A stretch of DNA of 63,017 nucleotides, counting the filler, from Aduncisulcus paluster (lineage: Eukaryota), in assembly GCA_024181965.1 (NCBI GenBank). It is 6 parts of 6 records of this genome, joined end to end, with 100 filler letters (N's around TTAATTAATTAA, not from the genome) between each part and the next. Parts side by side here need not be neighbours in the genome. Positions count along the whole stretch, not along the records: positions 31,530 to 41,630 come from BQXS01012420.1; positions 41,731 to 48,458 come from BQXS01012422.1; 4 more parts are not named here. The stretch is one strand, 5' to 3'. Made by a program: the position numbers and the translations under genes. Below the pieces are notes generated by a model. The model was not told the DNA's origin, made no database searches, and worked only from the letters and a program-made list of their open reading frames with translations. The stretch's first letter is position 1. Each line of letters opens with the position of its first letter. Of the stretch, positions 34,898-47,690 are shown piece after piece.

Positions 34898-36456
34898 ATG
34901 AATATCACAAATACAACCCGTCTTATGGACCTAATAGATTTTAAACCGAAATTAACAAAGGAACAGGAACAATTTATAAAGAAACGTCAGGAAGAAAAAG
35001 ATGAAAAAAGGCGAAAGAGTTCCGTTCAGTTCAATGAAACAGTAACTACCACCACGATTCCTATTCATGAACCTACAGATCCTTTTGCAGCTGGACCTCT
35101 TTCGTCGTCACAACCTCTTGCTGCTCCGGCTCCAATTGTTGAGGAAGAGATCGTTCAGCCTCTGGAAGGTGTTGAAGAAGATGACGAAGATCCTTTTGCT
35201 GCTGAAACTTCTATTTTCACGGATGCTGGAAATGATACTGTTCCAGAACTCCAATCTAAGCATATTGATGTCGTTGAAGGAGTCGGCAGTGAACTTCCAA
35301 TGGATGATGGAGAAGATGGTGTTTTCAGCACTGGTATCTCTCAAAGTAGATCAATTTTACAGCAATTAACCCAGTCATACAAGTTACCAGCGGGGATAAA
35401 TGTGAGATCTTATTGTAGCAAGATGGAAAATATTCGAACCCACAAATGGTCCAAAGCTGAAATGAGAAAATTGATCGATCTAATTAAGAATTTCGGTGCT
35501 GATGTTGCTGCCATTAGCCGTGTTCTCCCCAAGAAGAATGCGAGAGCCGTTACTTTGATGCTAACTCGCATGCGAAAAGACTCTCCGAAATACTTTCAGG
35601 AACTCCTCATGTACTCAACAGTCAGCGCTCCCAAAGAAGAATATGTCGAAATAGTGAAGGATGCGTATGCAAAAGAGAGAGAAGAAGAAGAGAGGAAGGC
35701 TGAAGATGTTAATCTGGATGAAGTAGAAGCCCTGGTGAAAGCAAAGAAAAGAGAGAAAGAAATGAAAGCCCTTGAGGCGGATTCTGGAGNNNNNNNNNNN
35801 NNNNNNNNNATGTGAGATCTTATTGTAGCAAGATGGAAAATATTCGAACCTACAAATGGTCCAAAGCTGAAATGAGAAAATTGATCGATCTAATTAAGAA
35901 TTTCGGTGCTGATGTTGCTGCCATTAGCCGTGTTCTCCCCAAGAAGAATGCGAGAGCCGTTACTTTGATGCTAACTCGCATGCGAAAAGACTCTCCGAAA
36001 TACTTTCAGGAACTCCTCATGTACTCAACAGTCAGCGCTCCCAAAGAAGAATATGTCGAAATAGTGAAGGATGCGTATGCAAAAGAGAGAGAAGAAGAAG
36101 AGAGGAAGGCTGAAGATGTTAATCTGGATGAAGTAGAAGCCCTGGTGAAAGCAAAGAAAAGAGAGAAAGAAATGAAAGCCCTTGAGGCGGATTCTGGAGC
36201 TAAAGATGGGAAAAAAGATGAGAAAGAAGCAGGTGAAGATGAGAAAGAGTCCTCCAAGGCCATGCCAAAAGCAGATGATGCACCGCCATCAAGTGATATT
36301 GGAAAGAGAAGATCGTCTACATTTTTAAGTGAGTCTCATTTCACTCAGGTACCGATAACACACGATATATCGGATGCAAATGAAGAATTAAATAACTTTC
36401 TTGAAAAAGATGGAGATGATATTTTTGGAGATGAATTTGGAGATATATTTGGTTAG
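34898..36456 (+). CDS. BDP1: TFIIIB B'' subunit (BDP1)-like SANT/Myb protein (~382 aa after collapsing the gap duplication)
   Basis: RSYCSK..KWSKAEMRKLIDLIKNFGADVAAISRVLPKKNARAVTLMLTRMRKDSP matches the Bdp1 SANT pattern. 35400-35789 is repeated after the gap (offset 410). Confidence 0.75.
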
Positions 36457-36862
36457 TATTCGATAGTATTTCTGCATGTTACACAAAAATCCAAATAGAT
36501 ATATAATATTCTTGCCACTCAATATTCTTTTATTTGGGAATATTGATGTGTAGCAATGGTGGTTACTAATCCATTAATTATAATAATAATCGTCTCAATC
36601 TAACTGATTTTATTTGAATTTGGTAAAAATATGAATATATTATTGATAATAATATATATTAGCTCATGCAATCCCCAGTTTTTCGATTGCTCGATATTTC
36701 CCATTCAGATGTTTTTTTTTACGAAGTGATTCTGTGTGAATACAATAAATAATTTATTATTTTTTTTTGGTTGACTCTAACGATCAATTCAATCACATCA
36801 AAAAAATGATCTCCTTTGTAGGACATATTAACCCAAAGAGAGATTAATTCTAATCGAAAAAT

Positions 36863-39272
36863 ATGTCCAGTGATTATAATATTTCCATTTTATCAACTAA
36901 TAATGAAGAATTGTGTAAAATAACATCATTATCTGCTGATAGTACCTGTGAGGCTCTGTTTGATGAAGTGACAAAAGCTTTAGGCTATGAATTGGGTGAA
37001 ATTATCCTTGTGCACCGCGGAAAGATTTTAGAGTATTCGAAAAAAACATTAGATGAATGTGGACTTAGTTCTCATCGCATTATCTATTTTCTGAGGAAGT
37101 TATCCTCTTCAGCCGGTTCCTCCAGTGCTTCTGTCGCCTCTGATACGTCATCACGAACTCAGCAACGTCCTGCTCGACAATCAGCTCTGTATGATGATGC
37201 CATGTTTGATCATCCCCCTCCTCCGCATTCCGTGGACTTCTCTGCATTTGGATTCCCAACTGGAGAAGGTATGCGCGGGTTTCCTGCTGCTTTTTCGATA
37301 TCCACCCAATCAGGTTTGGATGGTGCCACGAGTGTGTTCGACCAACTTAGCCAAGTGTTTTCACAGCTGGGAAGAGTCGATCAAAGAACACACCGTCATA
37401 GAGACAGGGCTGAACGTGCCGAAAGGAGGCGGAGAAGGCGTGAAGAGAGAGCTGAAAGACATAGAAGAGAGCAGGAGAAGCTTGACAAAGAAGAGGATGA
37501 AGATAAACATAAAGATGGTGAAAAAGATGGTGAAAAACCATCAACAATAAGCGAGGATGCAAGCAAACCCTCTGATNNNNNNNNNNNNNNNNNNNNAAGA
37601 ACACACCGTCATAGAGACAGGGCTGAACGTGCCGAAAGGAGGCGGAGAAGGCGTGAAGAGAGAGCTGAAAGACATAGAAGAGAGCAGGAGAAGCTTGACA
37701 AAGAAGAGGATGAAGATAAACATAAAGATGGTGAAAAAGATGGTGAAAAACCATCAACAATAAGCGAGGATGCAAGCAAACCCTCTGATCGAGACCAAGA
37801 ACATCAAAGAGATAGGGACAATGAAGCTGATGTTGAAGTTATTAACGGTACAGCTTCTCCCAATGCCCAAGATACTCAAGATACTCAAGATACTGATACC
37901 ACACAGGAATCAACGAGAAGAAGGTCTTCCTCAAGAGGTCCTTCTATCCAAAGCCCTTTCTCCTCTTTTTTCCCATTCCCCATGCCTCCTCCAACCTCAG
38001 GGGGCTCCAGTAGCAGCAATATCCAGATGCTTGGCACGAATGGACAGTGGAGAAGTGTGAGGATGGAAGATCTCGGACGAATGATGCGTGGAGAAATGGT
38101 ACCATCGACTGAGCCCTCTGATGAGTCTACAAGAAGAAGCCGACACAATGAAGACGAATCTTCCGGAAAAGTTGATGAGACTGATGAAACTAGTGATGGT
38201 TTATATGGCGGTCCTTCCCCTTTCATTGTTAATCCTTCCGCCTCATCTTCTTCCTCATCTTCTTCCTCATCTTCTTCCTCATCTTCTTCCGCTTCTTCCT
38301 CTTCAACACGTGTTCATCTCTCTGATTTCCTGCCTCCGAGGGCTGATATAAGCATGGTTGCAGACGAATGTGACTCTTTTGCCACTGTGTCAAATGCTGT
38401 CTTTCAGGGACCTCTTTCATTGTCTGATCAAATCGAACAAATGATGAAATATTCACTAAAAAACAGGGAAATAGTCTCCGAGGATGCAGATGACCACTCG
38501 TTGGTGGACTGTTTGAGTCATTTACAAGCAAAGCTGCAATCAATGCAACAATGTGTGTCTATCTGGAAAGCAGATGAACTACGCAGATTGAGGGCAACTA
38601 AAAAATCACACGATGAAGAATCTTGTTCAGGATCTATATCCAAAAATAGAAAATCTGAGAAAGAAGAAGTTGATTCAGGCGAAGAGAAAAGTAAGGGAAA
38701 AGAGGAAGAAGGTGAAACAAGTGATAAGGCTTCTGCGACACCATCGAGAAGAAATACAAACAAGCGTCGGTATAGTGGTCATCAGAGGTTTTCTTCATCT
38801 TTATCAAGGATTTTGATGCTCTCTTCCCTCGTCTGTGATGCCACGAGGAAGCTTGGAGAAGCCTCAGTACATGTGTGTGAACGGGAATATGATAACCAAG
38901 GGTGGGAAGAGTACTCAAGAATGGTTAAAGACCTGTCTTCAAGACACTCTGAAAGAGATCGCCGTATGTTAGAAATTGAGAAAGAAGAAGAGAAAGAAGA
39001 AGAGAAAGAAGAGGATGAGGAACCCAATCATTTGAGTCTTGCTTCAGCCCTCTTTGAAAGCATTTCTGATGAACTTGGAAGAGATATATGTATGTTTATA
39101 ATTATTTTATTATTATTTGTTGGTTTATTTCTTATTTATTCATTATTTAATTAATCCCATTTGTTATATATAAGTCCCTCCTCCATCACTTCTTGACCAT
39201 TTCACTGATTTGATAAGAAGGAGCATTGAAGAAAAACCTGATGACAAGCATGATTTTGATGAAATGGATTAA
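36863..39272 (+). CDS. Ubiquitin-like-domain protein, possibly BAG6-like; intron 39090-39174
   Basis: N-terminal UBL (IILVHRGKILEYSKKTLDECGL). Removing a GTATGT..TAAG intron gives the in-frame last exon FPPPSLLDHFTDLIRRSIEEKPDDKHDFDEMD*. There is a 213-nt gap duplication around 37577. Confidence 0.8.
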
Positions 39273-39815
39273 TGGATCTGACTATTTCGTGGTTATACTC
39301 GTTATGGAAATTGGTTGATTGTATTAGTATTGTACTAGATTTTTCTAGCATTCGAAATTATTTTATTAATCAATGTTCTAAATCGGCTGAGAATTTTACT
39401 CATCACTGATCTCTTTTCATCCATAGGGTGTCGATAAAACAAACAAACCACACCGCAACGTAGTCACGATTGGCTTTCTAATGAAGCAAAATATACAAGG
39501 TATCAATATGGTTGGGAGAGATCAATGATATTATTAGTATTCAAAATGATGAAGTATAGTAGGTTTTGTGAAATCAAGGGGCGAAAGATGAGAGGAAGAA
39601 AATAGGTGTTCATGAACTTCATGTTCAAAAATAAAACAAATAAAACAAAAAACAAACGATTTTCCATTTCCATAAATCTTGCGAGTGGGAAGAATTTGAG
39701 AATGTGGAAATGTCTATTTGTAAGCGAATATCAATATACAAAAAGAATGTGGATATATATTGCGTGTAGAAATAACATAATATATGTAACAAACTATGAT
39801 TCATCTTAGTAAGTA

Positions 39816-41630
39816 TTACTGTAAGAAATCGTCGAATGCTGGCATTTGACTTGGAAGGGCAAGCATATCAAGTGAATTATTCGCAAGATTTCTGTTTGAG
39901 AAACGTTGTGGGGTTGGAAAAGCTCGACGTTGGACCTGTATTTGCATTGGCATTTGCATCTGTTGTTGCATTGGCATTTGCATCTGCTGCATTTGTTGTG
40001 GCCGTCTGAGTTGAGCAGGAGGCACTCCAAAGCTGATAGATTCCCTTGGTTTGAGGAATTGTACCTTCAATGCTGCAGACACTTCACTTCCATCTTTCCG
40101 CAGAGCATCAAACAGTTTCCCACATACTTCCTCGCCAAACACTCCATGGACTTTCTGAAGGAATAATCTAAACCCAATCCCTCCCATGTTTGCCTTGATA
40201 GCCTTTGAGAAGTGGCACAAATGTTCGAGCACAGATGGATCACAGTCAGACACAGAGAGACGGTATGTTAAGTTGACTTGACCAAGTTCCTCACATTGCA
40301 CAGCAAGAGCACATCCACACACGGCATATACACTTCGAACATCATTGAAGGCTTTCTTGGTGGCAGGTTGTGTATCCTCTCTGAAACTGGAAGATTTATC
40401 AAATCCATCAATTTCTTTTGTCTCCTTGTCTTCCTTGTCTTCCTTTCCTTCCTTACCCACAGAACTCTTCAGGACAATAGAATCCCTCGAGATGACACGA
40501 TCAACAAACTCAATGAGTGCATGATGATCCACAAGGGAATAGTCAGAAGAGGACACACCATCAAGACACACGGCTCTGACAGCCAACTGAGCAATCTTAA
40601 CTCCACCGACAAGCTCAGGAAAACTCCAGTCATACATGCGTGTCCCGATTGTGTTCAAGAGATTGGGAGCAGACGTGCAAGTGTCCAGGAGAGTGATAAT
40701 GTAGTTCATCACATTCTTACGTGTCGTGGCAATGTCTTCCTTCAAACGATCTTGAGGACGTGGAGTCAACACGGCATAGATATTATTGCATAACTCGTCC
40801 ACAACTGCATCAATCTCTGTCTGAGGAATGTGCTTAATCACACCGATAATGAACGAAGCAGTCTCGCTATCCAAGGGTTTCAGAGGTCAACAAACTCCTT
40901 CTTGCACGATCCTTCAAGATGCTACTCAGATCAATCGCTGATGGTAACTTGGACAATAATTGTACGGTCTGAGCGAAAGAACCTTTGAAGTTCTTCAAGG
41001 CACTCAAAAGAACCTTGTTCCCGAAACGAACAACAAGCTCTCTGCCACGAATACCTCCATGCGAATGAAGTCGCAGAAGAGTTCGAACAACCTTCTGCAG
41101 GTTTGCAAACGTTCCAAGATCGACAGAAAACAGTTTCAACGTCTCAAACACGGCATTCTCATGCATATCGATCTCGGATGATTTCTCTTTCCTAGCTCTG
41201 GAGGCTCCTTCCCCAAGATCTCCAGTGAGTGATAAAGTGTAAGACTCACTCTCCTTGCGTAAGGACACACAAATAGCCAGAAGACGTCTCACGAGGTCTG
41301 TTATGACGAATCCGGGCAGACTGTTGGATTGAAGGATGACGATCAGATCCAGGAGAAGCTTGATGTTCGTGCACGAAGGCTGTCTGTCTTCAATGGATTT
41401 CAAGCGAGCCATGGCAAATGCAAGATATGTAAAGACCTTCCCAACATGAATGTTCTTGAAGTGTTTCTTGATCTTGAACAAAGAGTCATAGGTCTTCTTG
41501 AATGTATCGGGAATATCCTGATTCATACACAATGCGGCAAGTCTGATGGAAAGACTCACGACTTGTTTCCCCAAGCCTTGACTGTTGGAAGAGAACACGT
41601 CAATGAACACGAACAGAGCAGGGATCTTGG
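39816..41630 (-). CDS. Helical hypothetical protein with Q/M-rich tail, 5'-partial, one frameshift near 40870
   Basis: ORFs 40867-41610 and 39816-40874 overlap by 8 nt with similar composition, and a single-base shift joins them. Confidence 0.65.
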
Positions 41631-41730
41631 NNNNNNNNNNNNNNNNNNNNNNNNNNNNNNNNNNNNNNNNNNNNTTAATTAATTAANNNNNNNNNNNNNN
41701 NNNNNNNNNNNNNNNNNNNNNNNNNNNNNN

Positions 41731-43741
41731 CCAAGAAGAACATGACACTGTTTCTTCAAAGCATCATACCGAACAAGGAAGTTATCGGGTTTAATGTCGC
41801 GATGAACAAGCTTCTTCTTCGCAACACACAAGGTAGCAACACACTCGATGATAGCCACACACAGAGCAGCGAGCTTCACAGGATCATACACAATGTCCTC
41901 TTCATCATCTTCACAAGGATCACATTCGTCGAGATCAACAGCCCAGCTCTTGGCAAAGTCAATCACATTCCCACCTTGACAGAACTCCATCGCCATCCCA
42001 AACGTTCCTTTCAGATCACCATCGAGAAGATCAAGGATATGCAGAGGACGAGGGATACAGCTTTGTAATGATGATTTGAAATACAACCGATGCTGACGAG
42101 AGAATTCTTTCTTCATGTATTTCACACATTTCTCATTGTCTTTACATGACTCTTTGTTCTTCATACACTTCAGAGCACACAACACAGGAGGCGAGCAGTA
42201 TGAAGCAGGGTATTCGACACGAGCAAGGATAACAACACCGAACCCACCTTTCCCAATGATACAAAGAGGAGTAATGGTACAGGAGGAAGTCAAGGTCTGA
42301 GGGAGTGGGACAGGAATGGGGTGTTGAGAAGGAGTAGAAGAAGTTGGTTGGATTGGGTTGGATTTGGTAGGTTCAGATGTCTTTGTTTCTTGAGTGAGTG
42401 ATTCTGTTTGTTGTTTTGAACTTGAAGGAATATCTTTCTTTCCCCGAGATTCTGTCTTTTCTTCTTCTTCTTCTTTCACAGGCAAAGCTTCTTTCACATC
42501 TTCTTTCACAGCTTCTTCTTTCACATGTTTTGATGGCAAAGATAAAGTTGATGTGGGTGTCTTGGAGGAACTGGAAGGAACAGGAACAGGAGTAAGAAGA
42601 GGAGGAGAGGGAATATCATCACCTCGAAGGAAAACAAGGGAGTATATAATGAAATCTCGACAATTATTACTACACCACCTTCCTTTCCCTTCAATCTCAC
42701 ACAATACAACATTATACAAATCAATAGGAAGGAAGTGCCATTCATAATCATGTTTAGGTCATGTGAATTCATACTTCTTGGATGTCTTCTTGCCATCATA
42801 ATCAGTGAAAGTGAAGAGAAGAGAGGGTGAACTATGCCATTCATCCACACAGATATAAGCACCTTTCATAGGACTAGGTGATGGGAAAGGGATGGAAAGA
42901 TGTGTCAGGGAATAAAAGATCCACCACAGATGGGGTGGTTCTACATAACAGTCCCCTTTTAACATTTTTTGTGCATTTGAACTCTGATAATACTTCTCAG
43001 ATTCCTTACTAAACGCATCATTCTTGCATTTAACAATTGAGAATGAAGGATCTACAAGCTTTGGATCATCTCGCGGAATGGGAATAGATTTTCTATCGAA
43101 ACATTCTCCAAATAAGCCATTTTTACCTCCTTTCTTTACAAACTCTGGTTTCACAACTGGAGTTTCAGACCATAGTTTCTCTTTGGCTTCACGAGATTTG
43201 ATTTCTTCAGGGGATTCTTCTCTACTAATGAAAACAAGGGAGAGGATTTTAAACCACTCTTCCTCTCTTCCTTTCCCTGTAATCTCACACAGAACAACAT
43301 CAGGGAGATCAACAGGAAGGAAATACCAATGCTCACGTCTAAACAAAGGAAATTCGTATTTCTTGGATGTTTTCTCACCCTTTGAAGATGTGAGAGTGAA
43401 GATAAGGTATGATGGAGGTGAAGAAGAAGATCTACCATCAAGACAGATATAAGCACCTTTCATTGGGGAAGATGAAGAGAAAGGAATGTTGATATGGGTA
43501 ATATGTCCATAATTACCCTCTCCTTTCATCATCAGTCGTGCATTAGAACTCTGATCGTACTCACAATCACCTTCTTCCTTGGTTCCATCAATTGCTTCGA
43601 TAGTTGGAAACTCTGACCTCTTAATATTGGGGGCATCTCGAGGAATTGGACAAGAATACCAATCTCCTTCCTTAATAAACTCAGGCTCCACAGTTTGAAT
43701 AACAGCATCTGTGGCCACAGATCCAGGCTGGATGAACTCAT
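41731..43741 (-). pseudogene. Two 'domain A' repeats fused to a family kinase; disrupted and 3'-truncated
   Basis: ORFs 42759-43832 and 41679-42719 share a frame and are separated only by TGA at 42759-42761. The paralogous start ATGAGTTCATCC (43741) is put out of frame by a 17-nt insertion. Kinase motifs are GKGGFG, CALK and HRDIKPDNFL. Confidence 0.82.
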
Positions 43742-44591
43742 TTGAATAAAGATGGGATTTCTTATCTAAAAAATAAAACCAAGCAGAATAATAATGGTAT
43801 TTCTGAACAAACATAATAATTGCGAATTTCAAGGAGGACAGTCCGATTCATATTCCACCAAACTCCCAATGTCAAAAATCAACCCTTCAATAGGCACGAT
43901 AGGAAAGTTAAAAAACATTTATGAACGATTTCAATGCTATTCAATAACATGGATATATTTCCATTTCATTTCTATCCTTATCCTTGCCTTTCTGTTTCAT
44001 TTTCACTTGCTTTTGCTTACAATCAAAAATATCAAGAACTCGGAATACGATGGTATACATGTGTCTGTATACTGCTACGAATCTAATCCCCTGANNNNNN
44101 NNNNNNNNNNNNNNCATAATAATTGCGAATTTCCAGGAGGACAGTCCGATTCATATTCCACCAAACTCCCAATGTCAAAAATCAACCCTTCAATAGGCAC
44201 GATAGGAAAGTTAAAAAACATTTATGAACGATTTCAATGCTATTCAATAACATGGATATATTTCCATTTCATTTCTATCCTTATCCTTGCCTTTCTGTTT
44301 CATTTTCACTTGCTTTTGCTTACAATCAAAAATATCAAGAACTCGGAATACGATGGTATACATGTGTCTGTATACTGCTACGAATCTAATCCCCTGATGC
44401 TTCATGGAACACGACATTTCCCCGCAGTCAACTCCAACTCCAACTCCAACTCCAATGCCAGATCCTGATCATTTGATACATTTAATACTGAGATTTGTGC
44501 TTTGTGTTTATTGTCTTTGGATGTGGGGCACTTATCATATTCCATTTGTCAAAGCTCTACCATAAAATCCATAACTCTGTCGATATTTGCC

Positions 44592-45330
44592 TGGAAGCTC
44601 GAGTGGAAATATCTTGACCCCGTCCCCCTGGTTGATAAACTCCTTGAGGGTCAGCGTTCCCTCGTCCATGCCAAGAGGAGTTCGTAGACTCGACCAAGAA
44701 GTTTGTGGAAGTCTAGCCATGAAGCCCGTCACGTCGCCCTCTCCCTTGTCGGTGAATCTCTTTTATACCCTCAAATCAATGAACTGATCCTCGAGCTACA
44801 CCGCAGAAAGTTGAGCACATTCCTCGTTTCGAACTCCCAGCTCCCCGAGAAACTCAAGGCCATTCCCCCCTGTCACCCAGTTGTACCTCTCTGTTGACGC
44901 TGCTGGCCCGGACACATTAGCCGAAATCGACCGTCCCTATGTCGGCAAAACTGACGCCTGGCGCCGATTGAACGAGAGTTCTGTCCATTTTATCCACCCG
45001 TCAAGAGAGGACAGCCATCCGAATCACTGTCATTAAGAAACTGAATTGCCGTCGTGAAGACATTCCTGGGTATGTCAAACTCATTCGTTTGGGACCGTCC
45101 ATGCTTCATTGAGCTGAAAGCCTTCTCGTTTGTCGGTGGAACAAGACATCGCCATGGTTTCTTTCTTTCTTCTCTCTTGCCAACGTTCCCTGGCCAGACC
45201 AGTGTGTTGAGTATGCAAGGTGGCTTGAGGCTGCCCTTGAAGGTGATTACATGGGCTGTCAGTGTCCACCACGAGAGCAAGGCTGTGCTTATGGTACGCA
45301 GAGATCTGTTTGTTTGGTGGGAAATGGACT
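44592..45330 (+). pseudogene. TYW1: TYW1 (wybutosine synthesis, radical SAM) C-terminal portion with multiple frameshifts
   Basis: Across frames: RHVALSLVGESLLYPQINEL..LHRRKLSTFLVSNSQLP / VTQLYLSVDAA..LAEIDRP / RTAIRITVIK / RPCFIELKAFSFVG / LANVPW / HHESKAVL. The CxxxCxxC motif is absent upstream. Confidence 0.88.
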
Positions 45331-45659
45331 CGAGTAGAGGTTTCAGGGTTTTCATGCTATTCCTTATTTTTTATGTAAGCTTTGTTAGATTCTGAACTCT
45401 CGACTCCTTGTCGTTCCTTTTATTTTTTTGACTTCGCCTGAAAAATATAACCAACCCTTCACCGAGTCATATTGATTGTATCACGTGTGACTGGAATGAA
45501 TGTTGCTGTTAATTGATGAGTGGATGAATCATATTTGATCTATTTGAACACCGATTGTATGTTGTACTTCCCTCCCCATCATTGTCATTGCCATCTCGAA
45601 TACTACATTGATTGCCCCATTCTGTTTTGTTGCCCCTTGTTTTCTGTCGCATCACCCGC

Positions 45660-47234
45660 AGATGAGGATAGAGTTCCTATAGTCGTACCGTATGTAACTC
45701 CAAAGAACTTTGAACTTTATGCTCTACCTCATTTATGTCCGATTTAATTACATAAATCCATTGGCTACTATTGATTTTTATGTGATTTATGTGTTTAGAT
45801 CTAGAAGTAACTGCTGCCAGCATATACAGTGTATACAAAGGTTACACTTACGTGCCACGTATGTACAGTGTACATGACTCACTCAAAACAACCTTTGGGT
45901 AAGGATGAAAGTGGAAGGCCATATATCTATCCCGAGCCAATGTTTCTTCGTTGGGAATTTGCTACTTATTCTGAAATTATGCCTGAAGTGAGATCGTGGG
46001 ATCCAAAAGATTCTTCAATGTTAATATTAGCCGTTTCCTCTATTCCACAAAGTTTAACAAAGCTCAGACAAGCTTGTTTCTCTGCACTTTGTCATGAAAG
46101 AGAGTATTGTGGTATTAAATCTGCTATAGTCATTGATCCTAATGGATTTCGTGTAAGATTACAAGAATATCCTTGGAGAATGCTAAATTTGGGATCTGGG
46201 TTACTTTCTCAGGGATCTTCTCGAATTCAAGAGTCGTTCAAACTCCTCTTATTGGGGCATCTCGTTTTTGTTCATTTTGTGAAAAAACGTTTGGAAAAGC
46301 TGATATTGTTAGTTATTATGAAATTAATTCGTTAAATAAGGAGAAGATAGAAATTGATTTACTTGATGTAAACAATGAAAAGTATGATGGGGCGTTTTTT
46401 TGTCGAGAAAAGAGTGAATTTGTGTTTGGAAGAACAGAATATTTTTTTGTAGGATCTAAGAATCGTAATAGGGCTTCGTGTTTGATTCTTACCGACTCTC
46501 CTCATTATGGGGCAAGCACCCAAGGAAATATTTTCATCGGTATCATTTTATTTGCGTCTATCCCAAAGAAGGGTTCCAAAACATTAATTAATTTCTCATT
46601 CTCTTTCAAAGTCCCTTATCAAGGGCTACGAATGATTCTTCTACTCCAAGACAAAGTGTTCGTTTCTCATCGCGAAGAATCTCCTCAGTTCCTCATCCAA
46701 TTGAGAAGGTTGATGGGAAAATACTGGAAGATATGGTTGAAGATGAATATTCCTATGAATCTTATGGAAGCAAGGAAAGTACAAAACCGTCTGAATCCGA
46801 GCACAGGAAGGAACAATCAGTTGTCTCACACGAACAAAGAGGCGATCGGTCTTTGTGTTTGACGCAAGAAAGAACATTTCCGATTGCTCCAAATCCAGAT
46901 CGGCCTGAATCGAGTGTATCTACGATCTTCCATTCGCCATTGAGAAATAGTATTATGCATAAAATTCTTTTATATTTTGACAAACTAAAAGTTAAAACGT
47001 ACGTCCTTGATTTCCATCTTCAAACCACCCTTCAACAGACTCTTGCCTGGGATAAGTGGGGATTCTGATTCAAAGGATGAAGAGGAAGAAGATGTGATAA
47101 AAACAGAAATAGATTCCTCAGAAATTGCCAAATTAAAGTTCGATCAGACTGATATGAGTGAACGTTCAGTCCTTGATGCTGATTTTATTAATTTGAAATC
47201 GCTAACTATTTCATTTGGAGAACTCTTTATTTGA
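45660..47234 (+). pseudogene. Frameshifted gene with glyoxalase/VOC-like motifs
   Basis: Chain of overlapping + ORFs (45829, 46173, 46733, 47007). VRFNYINPLATIDFY and AIVIDPNGFRVRL resemble VOC-fold motifs. Confidence 0.45.
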
Positions 47235-47311
47235 GAACCATCCGATTATTAATAGAGGCGGGGTGAGATACCAAAACCCGAAAATCAAATTCCGACCGGA
47301 AATTTTCTTTT

Positions 47312-47661
47312 TGGTCAGATAATACCATTATACCACCAGGCAAGTCGAAATAGGCGTGGCCTCCACTGAGTCAGTGAGTCACCAAGAAACCAACTTGGTT
47401 CCCTTGAAGGGGTCCTGCTTCTCGGCCGGAAACGGTTGGCGAACGAATTGGTCAACAGAATTCTATTGATGATATGAATTACGAAAACGGAGTTTTGTAG
47501 GTTTTAAGGTTTTCAACCACGCGATCAACCCTTATTTCAAAGGTTGATCGATTTGAGCTAAACGCTGAGAAATAAAACTGTCTTCACGGATTTTTTGGCA
47601 TTGCTAGACTAACCAGGTATATGACTGAGGTCAAAAGAGCAGGTGGAGAACGGGTATTTCA
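47312..47661 (-). repeat. Dispersed non-coding repeat, copy 2
   Basis: Reverse complement of 9400-9637 and 9755-9793; hairpin at 47522-47550. Confidence 0.88.
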
Positions 47662-47690
47662 GCTCGGATGAAATCTTTGTGTTTTGGCAA

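Noticed and set aside
42759..42761. In-frame TGA as selenocysteine, readthrough or an alternative genetic code
   Set aside because: The same gene has a 5' frameshift and the position is a variable loop. TGA, TAA and TAG all end intact genes in this window, so a nonsense mutation is the simpler explanation.
43794..44468. 224-aa ORF with an internal repeat
   Set aside because: The repeat is the gap-flank duplication and the ORF reads through Ns; the sequence looks non-coding.
9400..47661. The two repeat copies as terminal inverted repeats of one ~38-kb element
   Set aside because: They lie on different contigs separated by two artificial linkers, so their relative orientation is arbitrary.
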